Source of the DNA: Syntrophobacterales bacterium
GTDB lineage: Bacteria > Desulfobacterota > Desulfobaccia > Desulfobaccales > 0-14-0-80-60-11
Length of the DNA: 64,000 bases
Assembly: GCA_037388025.1 (NCBI GenBank)
Contig: JARRKO010000001.1
Coordinates: 32,473-96,472 of the forward strand
Direction of reading: 5' to 3'
Shown one piece after another: positions 1 to 10,537 of this stretch. Every line of letters begins with the position of its first letter. Position 1 is the first letter of the stretch. Both the position numbers and the translations under genes were made by a program. The notes under the pieces are model-generated. The model did not search any database. It saw nothing but the letters and a program-made list of their open reading frames with translations, and was not told the DNA's origin.

Positions 1-32
1 TGCCATTTTTCGAAGAAAGCAAATATTGAACT

Positions 33-683
33 TTAGGAGGCGAGGAGATCTGCCACCTGGGGAAAAGTAGTTAGGAGATTATCCGGCTGGGCCGCGTTTA
101 TGGTCGATACCTCACCATAGCCGTAGGTTACCGCAGCCGTATAAACTCCGGCTCCTCGGCCCGTCAGGATGTCTTCCGGTTTGTCCCCCACCATCAAGGT
201 TCGGGTGGGCTCTTCCCTCAATTCCCTGATAAGAGCACCGAGCCCCCCCGAAGAGGGCTTGAGCACTCCGTAGCTGTCCCCGCCGCGCACTGCCTGAAAA
301 AAACCCGCCAGTCCCATAGCTTCCACCACCCCCCGGCAGAGATCCTCCCGCTTGTTGGACAATACCGCCATTTTCCGGGGGGAGAGGCGGACTAAAGTTG
401 CCGCCACGCCTGGATATACCCGGGTCCGGTCACCCAAATGCCCGGAATAGTGGGCCAAGTAAAGCTTCAAGGCCTGGGGAAAGAGATGTTGGTGTTCGGA
501 GCCCAATAACCGGCGCACGTAGTTTTTCTCCCCGCCGCCGATCATCTTTTGGTGGACCTCCACGGGATGCTCCGGCAGTCCCAAACTGCGCAAGGCATGG
601 TTGGCCGCCACGGCCAGATCCGGCAGCGAGTCCACCAGAGTCCCGTCCAAATCAAACACTATCAGGTCGATAGCATGGGTCAT
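33..683 (-). CDS. HAD-superfamily phosphatase, phosphoglycolate-phosphatase-like
   Basis: 216-aa ORF. HAD motif I FDLDGTLVDS at the N-terminus and motif IV-like MVGDKPEDI near the C-terminus. Confidence 0.75.
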   Translation of the reverse strand: MTHAIDLIVFDLDGTLVDSLPDLAVAANHALRSLGLPEHPVEVHQKMIGGGEKNYVRRLLGSEHQHLFPQALKLYLAHYSGHLGDRTRVYPGVAATLVRLSPRKMAVLSNKREDLCRGVVEAMGLAGFFQAVRGGDSYGVLKPSSGGLGALIRELREEPTRTLMVGDKPEDILTGRGAGVYTAAVTYGYGEVSTINAAQPDNLLTTFPQVADLLAS

Positions 684-717
684 GGTGATATTTTTATCAG
701 GTAGGGGACCCTGGATC

Positions 718-1701
718 TCAAGTTCCTGGGCCGTTGTCCTGCTCGGCGCGGCGCAGGTCTTGGTAGCTGGGGAGGACGCCCAGGCCGTCAGCCTGACGGA
801 CGGCGTTTAAGATGGCGGTTTCCAGCGCGGCTTGGGCCTGCAAACCTACGGTATGCAGGTCCGCGGTCACTTCCGGGCGGGACAGCACAAAGACGATATC
901 CCCATCAAACAGGGTATGGACCGGGCTAATGGTGCGGGCCAGGCCATTTTGCCCCATTTGGGCGATTTTTAGGGCTTGCTCCCGGGTGAGCCGGGCGTTG
1001 GTGACCACCACCCCGATGGTGGTATTGGGCTCCCCGAAGGTCTGGCGCACCAACCCCTGGCGAATGAGCCCGGCGGCATCGGCGAATTCCCGGCTATCCG
1101 GAGCAGTGCGGGCTCCGGCCACAATCTCCCCGGTTTCGGGGTCCACCACGTCCCCGAAGGCGTTCACCACAGCCAGGGCTGCTACCAGTAAGCCTTGCGG
1201 TCCTTCCAGGCAGGAGCTCCCTAAGCCGCCTTTGGTGGCCTGCCGAATGCCTAAAAGCTTGCCGACGCTGGCCCCAGTGCCGGCGCCGAAACTGCCGTTC
1301 CCCTGGAATTCCGGGCGGGCCGCTTGGCAGGCGGCATAGCCCATGGCCTTGTCCGGCCTGACGCGGTGATTGCCCACGGACAGATCATAGATCACCGCGG
1401 TGGGCACGATGGGTACCCGGGTGACGGTGACGTCAAAGCCCCGGCCCCGCTCTTCCAGGAATTCCATGACACCTCCGGCCGCATCCAGGCCGAAGGCGCT
1501 CCCCCCGGAAAGGAGAACGCCATGCACCTCCTCGACGATGTGAAAACCGTGGAGTGCATCCAGCTGGCGGGTGCCGGCGGCGGAGCCCCGAATGTCCACG
1601 CTGCCCACGGTGCCCGGCGGACAGAGAATGACCGAGCAGCCGGTAAGGTTTTTAAAATCGCTGGCGTGGCCGATGGCAAAGTCCGGCACACAGGTAATCA
1701 C
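718..1701 (-). CDS. P1/DmpA-family (peptidase S58) aminopeptidase
   Basis: 327-aa ORF. Motifs GHASDFKNLTGCSVI, GGSAFGLDAA and NTTIGVVVTNA are typical of the DmpA/BapA family (from recall). The GTG start overlaps the upstream stop (GTGA). Confidence 0.7.
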   Translation of the reverse strand: MITCVPDFAIGHASDFKNLTGCSVILCPPGTVGSVDIRGSAAGTRQLDALHGFHIVEEVHGVLLSGGSAFGLDAAGGVMEFLEERGRGFDVTVTRVPIVPTAVIYDLSVGNHRVRPDKAMGYAACQAARPEFQGNGSFGAGTGASVGKLLGIRQATKGGLGSSCLEGPQGLLVAALAVVNAFGDVVDPETGEIVAGARTAPDSREFADAAGLIRQGLVRQTFGEPNTTIGVVVTNARLTREQALKIAQMGQNGLARTISPVHTLFDGDIVFVLSRPEVTADLHTVGLQAQAALETAILNAVRQADGLGVLPSYQDLRRAEQDNGPGT

Positions 1702-3479
1702 GGCTGACTCGCTGCCGGCGAGGTTGCCATTTCCACCCGGCCGTTTTTGATGGTAAGGATGTACAAGTTCAGCTCCGCCTGGCGGTCAGAGGCAAAGCCC
1801 TTGAACCAGGGGAGATTGGGGATGTTTCGGAGGGACATGAGCTTTTGGGGCAAATCTTTGCGATCCACCGGTGTTTGCCCTTCCAAGAGGTGACTCAAAA
1901 GGCGCACCACCATGTAACCCTGGGCCGCCAGATATTCCGGCTCCGTGCCGTAGCGCTGGCGGTAAGCGGTGACAAAGCTTTGCACCGCAGGGTTGGGATC
2001 ATTGTTATAGAAGGCGTCCGGAAACAGGATGCCCTCCAGGGCCTGGATAGTTCCCAGCGAGTCGGCTCGGGGTTTGGCCAAATTAGTGCCCAAAAATTGC
2101 ACCTTGCCGAGGGGACTTTGAACCGTCTGGGACTTGATGGCGGCCACGGTGACGGCATCATCCGGGATGAACAGGGCCTCAAAAGAGGAACCACCTGCCG
2201 TGCCGGGTTGAAAGGCCGTGAGCAGGGGACTCAGAGCCGTGGTAAAATCTTTGGTTCCGGGAGGATAAGTGGCCTGGGTCACCAGGATGCCGCCTTGGGC
2301 CACCACCTCCTGTCCAAAAACCTGGGACAGGGTGCGACCGTAAGCGGAATCGGGGGCAAAAACGGCATAGCGCTTAAGACCCCGCTCTCCCAGGGTGTAA
2401 CGCAGGAGGGCCCGGACCTGGAGGCGAGGGGTGAGGAAGACCTGGAAGATCAGAGGTCGGGCCTCAGTCAAATTCTGTTTCTGGGAGAGGGCGATGAGGG
2501 GAATGCCGGAGTCCTGAGCGGCTTGGGCCGCGGCCAGGGCGTCACCCGAGGTGAGGGGGCCGAGAAGAGCCAGGACGCCCGGATCCTGGGACAGCTTCTG
2601 AACCATGCGGGTCGCCTGGTAGGGGTCATTGGGGCAATCACGGAAAAGCAGTTGCAGACGGGTACCCTGAGCTGCCAGCTCCATGCCCTGCTTCATCCGA
2701 ATGCCGTAGCGGGCAAAGTTGCCGCTTAAAGGCAACAGGCAACCGATAACCGGCCGGGATGATATCAGCAGATCCTTGGCGGCCTGGGCTTCCCGGCTCT
2801 CCGGAAAGCGTTCCTGCAAGGCTTGCAGCCACTGGCGGGCCTCTGCGGGACGGTTTTGTTCCTGGGCCAGGCGGGCCAGACGCAAAAGGAGGGGCGCGGT
2901 CAGGGGGGAATCCCGGTATAAATTGACCAGGTGTTCCAATTCCGCCGGGCTGGCTTGCTCCACCACCCGGGTTTGCAAGTCGCCGAACCACTCCCGATCA
3001 CCCGCGGCCACGTGCTGGGCGGCCAGCCGAAGGTAGGCAAAAGCAGAACCCACTTGCCCCTTTTTCAGGGCAACTTCAGTCAGTAAGGCGTTGGTGGAAA
3101 AATTCAGCGGCTCGGGAAGCGGGGAGGCAGTGAGGCTCTCCAGCACTCCCTCCGCGGCCTCATAACGACCCAGCTTGAAATAGGCCCGACCGATGCCGTA
3201 GCGAGCCTTAAGGGCAGTGTCGCCTCCTGTCCCCCGGTTGAGGATGGCCTGGTACTTGTTGAGGGAACCCTGCCAGTTCCCAAAAATCCCCAAAAGCTCG
3301 GCTTCCCGCAGGAGGGCCCGATTGGCATTGGAACCTTGGGGATACTTTTTCAGATAGGCGGCATACACTTGCCAGGCTTGGCGGTAATCTTGGCGGTGGA
3401 AGAGGGCTTCCGCCTCAAAGAATAGGCTCTCACCCTTGGTTTCGAAGCTGGGGGGCGGCGCCGTTTTTCCTTTTCTCAA
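1698..3479 (-). CDS. TPR-repeat protein fused to a type-1 periplasmic-binding-protein fold (LpoA/LppC-like or Leu/Ile/Val-binding family)
   Basis: 593-aa ORF. The N-terminal ~230 aa are TPR-like helical repeats. The C-terminal ~350 aa contain ALLGPLTSGDALAAAQAAQDSGIPLIALS, typical of PBP1 receptors. Confidence 0.6.
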   Translation of the reverse strand: MRKGKTAPPPSFETKGESLFFEAEALFHRQDYRQAWQVYAAYLKKYPQGSNANRALLREAELLGIFGNWQGSLNKYQAILNRGTGGDTALKARYGIGRAYFKLGRYEAAEGVLESLTASPLPEPLNFSTNALLTEVALKKGQVGSAFAYLRLAAQHVAAGDREWFGDLQTRVVEQASPAELEHLVNLYRDSPLTAPLLLRLARLAQEQNRPAEARQWLQALQERFPESREAQAAKDLLISSRPVIGCLLPLSGNFARYGIRMKQGMELAAQGTRLQLLFRDCPNDPYQATRMVQKLSQDPGVLALLGPLTSGDALAAAQAAQDSGIPLIALSQKQNLTEARPLIFQVFLTPRLQVRALLRYTLGERGLKRYAVFAPDSAYGRTLSQVFGQEVVAQGGILVTQATYPPGTKDFTTALSPLLTAFQPGTAGGSSFEALFIPDDAVTVAAIKSQTVQSPLGKVQFLGTNLAKPRADSLGTIQALEGILFPDAFYNNDPNPAVQSFVTAYRQRYGTEPEYLAAQGYMVVRLLSHLLEGQTPVDRKDLPQKLMSLRNIPNLPWFKGFASDRQAELNLYILTIKNGRVEMATSPAASQP

Positions 3480-3551
3480 GCCCTGAAATTGGTTGGGAAA
3501 AGACTGAAAGCAGACTGGAGGAGCAACTCCCCCGGCCCTTTGGTTGAGCTT

Positions 3552-5504
3552 TTATTTGGCTTCGTCTTTAACCTCTTCGAACTCGGCCTCCACCACGTCC
3601 TCTTCGGGCTTTTTGGCTTCAGCTTCAGCTTCGGCTTCGGGTCCGGCTCCGGCGGCTCCAGCCCCGGCTCCGGCGGCACCCGCCCCGGCTCCGGCGGCAC
3701 CCGCCTGGGCATACATGGTTTCGGCGACCTTATGGGAGGCTTTCATGAGTTCGTCGCTCCGGCTCTTGATGGCCTGGACGTCAGAGCCCTCCATGGCCTC
3801 CCTGAGTTGTTTGATGTGGTCCTCAATGTTTGTTTTCGTGGCCGAATCCACCTTGTCTCCCAGATCACTGAGGGTTTTTTCAGTGGTGTAGATCAGAGAG
3901 TCAGCTTGGTTGCGCGCTTCGGCCAACTCCTTCTTTTTCTTGTCCTCCTCGCCGTGCATCTCCGCTTCTTTAACCAGTTTGTTGATCTCTTCCTCGCTCA
4001 AACCGCTGGAAGTGGTGATGCGGATGGACTGCTCCCGGCCGGTGCCCAGGTCCTTGGCCGAAACATGCACGATGCCGTTGGCGTCGATGTCAAAAGCCAC
4101 TTCGATCTGGGGAATACCCCGGGGGGCCGGCGGGATGCCGAAGAGTTCAAACTTGCCCAGGGTCTTGTTGTCCCCGGCCATTTCCCGTTCACCCTGGAGA
4201 ACATGAATGGTCACAGCCGTCTGATTATCCGCCGCGGTGGAAAAAACCTGACTTTTCCGGGTGGGGATGGTGGTATTGCGGTCGATGATGCGGGTGAACA
4301 CACCGCCTAAAGTCTCGATGCCCAGAGACAAAGGTGTCACATCCAGGAGCAGGATGTCCTTAACCTCGCCCTTAAGCACGCCAGCCTGGATGGCGGCGCC
4401 CACGGCCACCACCTCGTCCGGATTGACCCCCTTATGGGGTTCCTTGTTAAAGACGGATTTTACCTTCTCCTGGACTTTGGGCATACGGGTCATGCCCCCC
4501 ACCAGGATCACCTCATCGATATCCTGGGCGGACAGGTTGGCGTCCTTCAAAGCCTGCACGCAGGGACCTTCCACCTTGTCGATGAGATCACCCACCAGGC
4601 TTTCGAGTTTGGCCCGGCTGAGCTTGATGAGTAAGTGTTTGGGACCGGATGCGTCCGCCGTAACAAAGGGGAGGTTGACCTCGGTTTCCAAAGAGCCGGA
4701 CAGCTCCATTTTGGCCTTTTCCGCGGCTTCCTTGAGGCGCTGCAGAGCCATCTTGTCGTTGCGTAGATCAATGCCCTGGTCCTTGCGGAATTCGTCCGCC
4801 AGAAAATCCATGATCCGCTGGTCGAAATCCTCACCTCCCAGGTGGGTGTCGCCATTGGTGGATTTCACCTCGAAGACGCCCTCACCGATCTCCAGTATGG
4901 AGATGTCGAAGGTGCCGCCCCCCAGATCGAAAACCGCGATGCGCTCGTCTTTCTTCTTGTCCAGACCATAGGCCAAAGAAGCGGCGGTGGGCTCGTTGAT
5001 GATGCGGAGCACGTTCAGCCCGGCGATACGACCGGCATCCTTGGTAGCCTGGCGCTGGGCGTCATTGAAATAAGCCGGCACGGTGACCACGGCGTCGGTC
5101 ACTTTTTCCCCAAGGTATTCCTCCGCGGTTTGCTTCATCTTGGTAAGCACCATGGCGGAGATTTCCGCGGGACTATAGGTCCGGCCTTTGATTTCAATCG
5201 CCGCATCGCCGTTTTCGGCCCGGACGATTTTATAGGGCATGATTTTCACGTCCCGCTGCACCTCGGCGTCCTCGAACTTGCGGCCGATGAGGCGCTTTAC
5301 CGCGAAGACGGTGTTCAAAGGGTTGGTGATGGCCTGACGTTTGGCGATTTGTCCCACGAGACGCTCACCGCTATCCGTAAAAGCTACCACCGACGGGGTG
5401 GTGCGGCTGCCTTCCACATTGGTGATGACCTTGGGGTCGCCACTTTCCATTAGGGCCACACAAGAATTGGTTGTGCCTAAATCTATGCCGATGACTTTCG
5501 ACAT
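3552..5504 (-). CDS. dnaK: Molecular chaperone DnaK (Hsp70)
   Basis: 650-aa ORF with [17 protein letters not shown] and [11 protein letters not shown]. It lies downstream of grpE and hrcA. Confidence 0.98.
   Translation of the reverse strand: MSKVIGIDLGTTNSCVALMESGDPKVITNVEGSRTTPSVVAFTDSGERLVGQIAKRQAITNPLNTVFAVKRLIGRKFEDAEVQRDVKIMPYKIVRAENGDAAIEIKGRTYSPAEISAMVLTKMKQTAEEYLGEKVTDAVVTVPAYFNDAQRQATKDAGRIAGLNVLRIINEPTAASLAYGLDKKKDERIAVFDLGGGTFDISILEIGEGVFEVKSTNGDTHLGGEDFDQRIMDFLADEFRKDQGIDLRNDKMALQRLKEAAEKAKMELSGSLETEVNLPFVTADASGPKHLLIKLSRAKLESLVGDLIDKVEGPCVQALKDANLSAQDIDEVILVGGMTRMPKVQEKVKSVFNKEPHKGVNPDEVVAVGAAIQAGVLKGEVKDILLLDVTPLSLGIETLGGVFTRIIDRNTTIPTRKSQVFSTAADNQTAVTIHVLQGEREMAGDNKTLGKFELFGIPPAPRGIPQIEVAFDIDANGIVHVSAKDLGTGREQSIRITTSSGLSEEEINKLVKEAEMHGEEDKKKKELAEARNQADSLIYTTEKTLSDLGDKVDSATKTNIEDHIKQLREAMEGSDVQAIKSRSDELMKASHKVAETMYAQAGAAGAGAGAAGAGAGAAGAGPEAEAEAEAKKPEEDVVEAEFEEVKDEAK
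3643..3705 (-). repeat. 3 x 21-bp in-frame tandem repeat inside the dnaK 3' end
   Basis: Plus-strand units are CCGGCTCCGGCGGC(T/A)CC(A/C)GCC x3 and encode (AGAGAAG)n. An adjacent (GCTTCR)4 hexamer run at about 3615-3640 encodes (EA)n. Confidence 0.85.
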
Positions 5505-5517
5505 GGAAAAATTCCTC

Positions 5518-6105
5518 CTAAACAGTCTTATCTATTTTGATTTTATTATCAGGTTCTTCGATATTTTTGGAAACTACCACCATGGCCGGGCGCAGAAGAC
5601 GATTTTGCAAAAGATACCCTTTTTGCAACTCCTTGAGCACGGTCTGATCTTCCACCTCGGGAGCTTCCTCTTCCATGACGGCATGGTGGTAAGTCGGATC
5701 GAATCGTTCCCCCACACTGTTGAGGGGGGTGATCCCAAAACGGCCCAGAACCTTAAGGAAGTCCTGATTCACCAGCTCCAGCCCCTCCATGAGGGCTTCG
5801 GGAGCCTCTGACTGGCGGCTGTGTTCCAGGGCCCGTTCCAGGTTGTCCAGGACGGGTAGAAGTTCTTTGATCAGATTTTCATTGGCGAACTGACGTACCT
5901 CCGATATTTCCCGTTCCTGCCGTTTCTTGAAGTTTTCCACTTCCGCCGCCAGGCGCAGGAACCGGTCATAATTTTCCTTGGCCTCTTGAGATTTTTCGAT
6001 CAGTAGATTTTTCAGCTCCTCAGGATCCGTGGGTAACTCCTCCGAAGGGCCTTCAGTCGTTTCGGCGCCCTGCGGTGGTTCCCCCGGTATATCAACTCGA
6101 GTCAT
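5518..6105 (-). CDS. grpE: Nucleotide exchange factor GrpE
   Basis: 195-aa ORF with a coiled-coil plus C-terminal beta domain. It sits between hrcA and dnaK. Confidence 0.93.
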   Translation of the reverse strand: MTRVDIPGEPPQGAETTEGPSEELPTDPEELKNLLIEKSQEAKENYDRFLRLAAEVENFKKRQEREISEVRQFANENLIKELLPVLDNLERALEHSRQSEAPEALMEGLELVNQDFLKVLGRFGITPLNSVGERFDPTYHHAVMEEEAPEVEDQTVLKELQKGYLLQNRLLRPAMVVVSKNIEEPDNKIKIDKTV

Positions 6106-6184
6106 TGATAGCGCATACCTCCTATGTTATAAACTCTGCGGGCCTCCAGGAACCCGGCTAATTGGCGCATGGAGCGCGCAATAG

Positions 6185-7237
6185 TTAATTATGCCGCACG
6201 GTGAACCACCTGGTAACCAAAGAGGCGGTATACTTCACAATGGGTACCACCCGGGCATAGTCCATGCGCATGGGTCCAATGACCCCAAGACTGCCCACCG
6301 GAGCCTGATCGCTCTGATAGGAAGAAGCCACCATGCTGAGCTGCATTTCCGGGAAATGGTCATCCGGGCTGATGATGATCTGCACCCCCTGGGAAGCCAG
6401 GGTTCGGTCCAACAGGGTGATGAGATGGTGTTTCTCCTCAAAAGCCTTAAAGATAACCCTGATTTTTTCCACATCGGCAGCAAACTCGGGATAGTTTAGG
6501 ATGTGGCTGGTCCCTTCGACATAAAGCTCCTCTTCGTCGTTTTCCGGCTGGAGGGCTTGGCGGCTCAGGCTCAAGGCCTGGGAGACCATTTTGTCGAACA
6601 GGTTTTTTTCTTCCTCCATTTGCATCAATATTCGCTGTCGGGCCTCGGCTAAAGTCAGGTTCTGGCAAATGCTGTTCAAGTATCGGCTGAACCGGTCCAG
6701 TTGCTCCTGAGTGTAGGCGGTCTCCGCCCGCAAGAACCGGGTTTGCACCTGCTGGTCCTGGGCCACCAGGAGACAGAGAATGCCGTCGCCTCCCAGCGTA
6801 ATAAACTGAATGTGCCGCAACAGCATCCCTTGTGGCCGGGGACTGAGCACTAGGCCGGGATGCCCCGAAGCCAGGGAAAGGGCTCGGCAAGCCTGCCGAA
6901 AAAGCTCTTGGGGGTCCACCGCCAAGGGGCTGAAAGCCTCCTCTAGCTGTCGCTGCAACCCCTCCCCCAGTCCTTGGATGGGCAGAATTCGATCGACATA
7001 ATACCGGAAACCCAAGGGGGTAGGCACCCGGCCCGCGGAGGTGTGGGGCTGTTTGAGGAAGCCCCGTTCCTCCAACTCCTGCATCGAGTTGCGGATGGTG
7101 GCCGGAGACAAGTTAAGCCGGGAAAATTTCGCCACGGTACGAGACCCCACCGGTTCCCCGGTCCGGATATAATGGGCCAGCACCGTCTCGAGTATCTGCG
7201 TCTCCCTTTCGGTTAAAATTTCCGTTGAGTTACTCAT
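6185..7237 (-). CDS. hrcA: Heat-inducible transcription repressor HrcA
   Basis: 350-aa ORF. N-terminal winged helix ILETVLAHYIRTGEPVGSRTVAK. hrcA-grpE-dnaK order. Confidence 0.95.
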   Translation of the reverse strand: MSNSTEILTERETQILETVLAHYIRTGEPVGSRTVAKFSRLNLSPATIRNSMQELEERGFLKQPHTSAGRVPTPLGFRYYVDRILPIQGLGEGLQRQLEEAFSPLAVDPQELFRQACRALSLASGHPGLVLSPRPQGMLLRHIQFITLGGDGILCLLVAQDQQVQTRFLRAETAYTQEQLDRFSRYLNSICQNLTLAEARQRILMQMEEEKNLFDKMVSQALSLSRQALQPENDEEELYVEGTSHILNYPEFAADVEKIRVIFKAFEEKHHLITLLDRTLASQGVQIIISPDDHFPEMQLSMVASSYQSDQAPVGSLGVIGPMRMDYARVVPIVKYTASLVTRWFTVRHN

Positions 7238-7263
7238 ATCTGCCGATCAACCAACACTAATTA

Positions 7264-7291
7264 AAATTAAGTTTCATTACTGGTTTGTCAA
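7264..7291 (-). promoter_or_regulatory. Candidate sigma70-type promoter of hrcA-grpE-dnaK
   Basis: Minus strand reads TTGACA-N16-TAATTT about 25 nt upstream of the hrcA ATG. The -35 is perfect and the -10 is weak. Confidence 0.35.
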
Positions 7292-7350
7292 GGGATATAA
7301 GGCATTTTTGCCCGGGAGAGACCGGCGGGGCGACCGGTGTGCCGTTACGG

Positions 7351-8028
7351 CTATCCCTGGCAGCGATGCCGGATGCTTTCTCCCTCCACCATGTACACTA
7401 CCTGCTCGGCGATGTTGGTGGCGTGATCGCCGGCCCGCTCCAGGTTGCGGATTACGGTGATCTGACTAAGACCAACGGCCACCGCCTCCCGGGACCGACC
7501 CATGAATTCCAGAAGTTCATGGATGAGGGCCCGGTCAAGATAGTCCACCTCGTCGTCCTGCTTGCACACCTCCCGAGCCAAGACGGCGTCCTGGGTGATA
7601 AAGGCCCGGAGACTATCCCGGATCATGCTCTGCACCATCTTGGTCATGCGGGATAGATCCCGGTGAAGCTCCGATATGGGGAGCTGCTCCAGGTTCAAAA
7701 CCTCCTCCGCCACATTCACAGCCAAATCCCCGAGGCGTTCAAGCTCCACGATGAGGTGGTCAACCGCCATCACCTGACGCAGGTCAGTGGCCACCGGTTG
7801 ATAGAGCGCCACGATCCGTACGCAGGCCGCGTCAAGTTGCTCCTCCAGGTCGTTAATGGCCTTATCTCCGTGGATAACTTCCCGGGCCAGGTCAGAGTCA
7901 CGGGTCAAAAGGGCCTTGACGCTCTGGTCCAGGGCTGCTTCTGCCAGTGTGGCCATCTTGAAGAGCTGTTCTTTCAGATCCTCGATCTCCTGGCGAAACT
8001 TGTCATAAGCCTTGGGGTTGTCATCCAT
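7351..8028 (-). CDS. phoU: Phosphate signalling regulator PhoU
   Basis: 225-aa ORF with two PhoU repeats of acidic E/D-x-x-x-D motifs (AINDLEEQLD, DDEVDYLDRAL). No pst genes are adjacent. Confidence 0.88.
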   Translation of the reverse strand: MDDNPKAYDKFRQEIEDLKEQLFKMATLAEAALDQSVKALLTRDSDLAREVIHGDKAINDLEEQLDAACVRIVALYQPVATDLRQVMAVDHLIVELERLGDLAVNVAEEVLNLEQLPISELHRDLSRMTKMVQSMIRDSLRAFITQDAVLAREVCKQDDEVDYLDRALIHELLEFMGRSREAVAVGLSQITVIRNLERAGDHATNIAEQVVYMVEGESIRHRCQG

Positions 8029-8171
8029 GACATACCTCGCCGGGTTTCGGCAGATCTTCCCCGGAGTCTATTAACCTTGGGAGGACCGTATCATCATTGT
8101 CCACGGTTTTTCCAGAGGGAACGGCGGAAAAGCAGATCTCCAATCTTTGAGAGTCCAAATCCCTGCCGCCC

Positions 8172-10001
8172 CTATTCTACGGTAACACTTTTGGCCAGAT
8201 TGCGGGGCTGATCCACGTCCGTGCCTCGCAAATCGGCAATATGGTAAGCCAATAACTGTAAGGGCACGGTCAAAACGATGGGTGACAGATCCAGAGGCGC
8301 GGCCGGCACCGGGATGGCGCTCTCCACCCGTTCAATAACTTGATAATTATCCGCTTCCGTTAAGGCGATGAGACGGCCACCCCGGGCCGCCACCTCCTCC
8401 ACGTTGCCTTGGATTTTTTCCAAGACCGGGGTTCGGGAAGCCAAAACCACCACCGGCATATTCTGATCTATAAGGGCAATGGGTCCATGCTTCATCTCCC
8501 CGGCGGCATAGCCCTCGGCGTGGATATAAGAGATTTCCTTGAGCTTGAGAGCTCCTTCCAGCGCAATGGGATAATGCAAGCCTCGCCCCAAGTAAAGGAA
8601 GTTCTGGGCATTCATATACTGCTGGGCCAGGTCCCGGATATTGCTATCCAAGTCCAGGGTCTCCTGGACCCAGGTAGGTAACCGCACGAGTTCATTAAGG
8701 AGAGGGCGCACCTCCCCCCGGCTGAGTCTTCCCAGGTGTTGACTTAAATACAAGGAGATGAGGTACAAGGCCACAATTTGAGTGGTGAAGGCCTTGGTGG
8801 AGGCCACGCCGATCTCTGGGCCGGCATGGGTATAAAAGACGCAATCCGCATCCCGGGCGATGCTGGAGCCCACCACATTGCAGATGGCCAAGGTTCTGGC
8901 GCCTTTTTCCTTTCCCGCGGTCAGACCCGCTCGGGTGTCCGCGGTTTCCCCTGACTGGGAAATGGGAATGAGCAGGGTAGTCTCATCCACCAGGGGATCG
9001 CGGTAGCGAAATTCCGAGCCCAGATCCACCTCTACCGGCAGGCGGCAGATGCTTTCCAGCAGGTGTTTACCCACCATGGCGGCATGGTAGGAGGTGCCGC
9101 AGGCCACAATAAAGATTTTCCGGATGGCCTGCAAATCTTCCAGACTGAAAGGCACCTCCTCCAGGAACACTTCTCCTTCTTCGAGGCGAATGCGGCTCCG
9201 GAAGGTGTCGATGAGGGCCCGGGGTTGTTCGAAAATCTCCTTCTGCATGAAATGCTTGTACCCGGCCTTCTCCGCCATGGCCGGGCTCCAGGTAATGGTA
9301 TGCTCCGGCCGCTGGACGCGTTGGCCGCCACTGTCCAAAATAAAAAACTCCCCGTCCCGCACCACCACCAGATCGTGGTCCTCTAGAAAAATCACCCGGC
9401 GGGTGTAAGGCAAAATGGCGGGTATATCCGAAGCCAGGAAAAACTCCCCCTCCCCCAACCCCAGAATTAGAGGGCTTTCCTTGCGGGCCGCCACCAGCAA
9501 GCGGGGCTCGTCGGCGTTGACCAGGACTAAGGCATAGGAGCCCTTGATCTCTTGCAGGGTGTGTTGAATAGCCGTGAGATAATCGGCCCCCCGCCTCAGG
9601 TGACGCACCACCAGGTGGGAGACGATCTCTGTGTCGGTCTCGGACGCGAAGCGGTGGCCTTCTTTCAAAAGATCTTCTTTGATATTCAGGTAGTTCTCGA
9701 TAATGCCGTTGTGCACCACGGCAATATCCCCTACCTGATGGGGGTGGGCATTGGCCTCCGAAGGGCGGCCGTGGGTGGCCCAGCGGGTGTGACCGATGCC
9801 CACGGTGCCGGAGAGGGGTTCTTGGTTCAGGACCTTTTCCAGTTCCCTGAGCTTCCCCAAGCTGCGGCGGATGGCCAAGCCGTTTTTGCCGATGACCGCC
9901 ATGCCGGCGGAGTCATAGCCCCGGTATTCCAGACGTTTGAGGCCGTCCAGGAGAATGGGCATGGCCTCCTGGGGGCCGAGATAACCGATAATGCCGCACA
10001 T
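8172..10001 (-). CDS. glmS: Glutamine--fructose-6-phosphate aminotransferase
   Basis: 609-aa ORF. N-terminal MCGIIGY Ntn nucleophile, two SIS domains, C-terminal NLAKSVTVE. Confidence 0.97.
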   Translation of the reverse strand: MCGIIGYLGPQEAMPILLDGLKRLEYRGYDSAGMAVIGKNGLAIRRSLGKLRELEKVLNQEPLSGTVGIGHTRWATHGRPSEANAHPHQVGDIAVVHNGIIENYLNIKEDLLKEGHRFASETDTEIVSHLVVRHLRRGADYLTAIQHTLQEIKGSYALVLVNADEPRLLVAARKESPLILGLGEGEFFLASDIPAILPYTRRVIFLEDHDLVVVRDGEFFILDSGGQRVQRPEHTITWSPAMAEKAGYKHFMQKEIFEQPRALIDTFRSRIRLEEGEVFLEEVPFSLEDLQAIRKIFIVACGTSYHAAMVGKHLLESICRLPVEVDLGSEFRYRDPLVDETTLLIPISQSGETADTRAGLTAGKEKGARTLAICNVVGSSIARDADCVFYTHAGPEIGVASTKAFTTQIVALYLISLYLSQHLGRLSRGEVRPLLNELVRLPTWVQETLDLDSNIRDLAQQYMNAQNFLYLGRGLHYPIALEGALKLKEISYIHAEGYAAGEMKHGPIALIDQNMPVVVLASRTPVLEKIQGNVEEVAARGGRLIALTEADNYQVIERVESAIPVPAAPLDLSPIVLTVPLQLLAYHIADLRGTDVDQPRNLAKSVTVE

Positions 10002-10045
10002 ACAGACCTCTTATGCTGGGAGCGTCAGCCCCCAGCAGGGCATTT

Positions 10046-10411
10046 TTACCTTTCCAGGTTATAATGGGCAATACTCCGCTTTACCTTGAGGTTGCCGTCA
10101 AAAAAGAACACCTCGGCGGCGCGCCTGCCCAGAACAGCATTATAATAAATTGTTATACTATCTACACTTATCAGGATGTCAATCAAATCAAAGTTTAAAT
10201 CCGGAAGACGCTTAAGGGCCTTGGCCCAATAAGCGCGGACCTTTTCCTTCCCTTTGAGGATGCCGGTGGGTTCCTGCATCAAGGTGGCGATAAAGGGAGA
10301 GGTCATCTCGAAATCGTCAGTATAATGGGACATGACCCGGTCCAAGTCATGGGAGTTCCAGGAAGCCACCCACTCCTGGACAAATTCCTGAGCAAAGGTG
10401 GTGGAAATCAT
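10046..10411 (-). CDS. SnoaL-like / NTF2-fold small protein
   Basis: 121-aa ORF. The N-terminus FVQEWVASWNSHDLDRVMSHYTDDF matches the SnoaL/NTF2-like pattern (from recall). GC is visibly lower than in the flanking glmS and glmU. Confidence 0.5.
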   Translation of the reverse strand: MISTTFAQEFVQEWVASWNSHDLDRVMSHYTDDFEMTSPFIATLMQEPTGILKGKEKVRAYWAKALKRLPDLNFDLIDILISVDSITIYYNAVLGRRAAEVFFFDGNLKVKRSIAHYNLER

Positions 10412-10537
10412 GGCTTATCTTTCCTGAAGGTGGCGGCTAGGTTCTCTGATTTGAGCATTTCGGCCCAAGCCTAAGCTGCTGAGTCCCGTCGGTTTTTGCT
10501 GTCTCCTGCAGTCAAGGTCAAACCTGAGTTTGGTCGC

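Noticed and set aside
7238-7350. Looked for a CIRCE operator (TTAGCACTC-N9-GAGTGCTAA) upstream of hrcA, and also before grpE and dnaK.
   Set aside because: I found no inverted repeat matching CIRCE. Only TTAGTGTTG without a partner is present, plus an isolated TTAGCACC at about 24061. HrcA presumably acts at groESL or other loci outside the window.
10002-10045. Looked for a glmS ribozyme upstream of glmS.
   Set aside because: Only 44 nt separate glmS from the preceding gene, which is far too short, and no conserved ribozyme core is visible.
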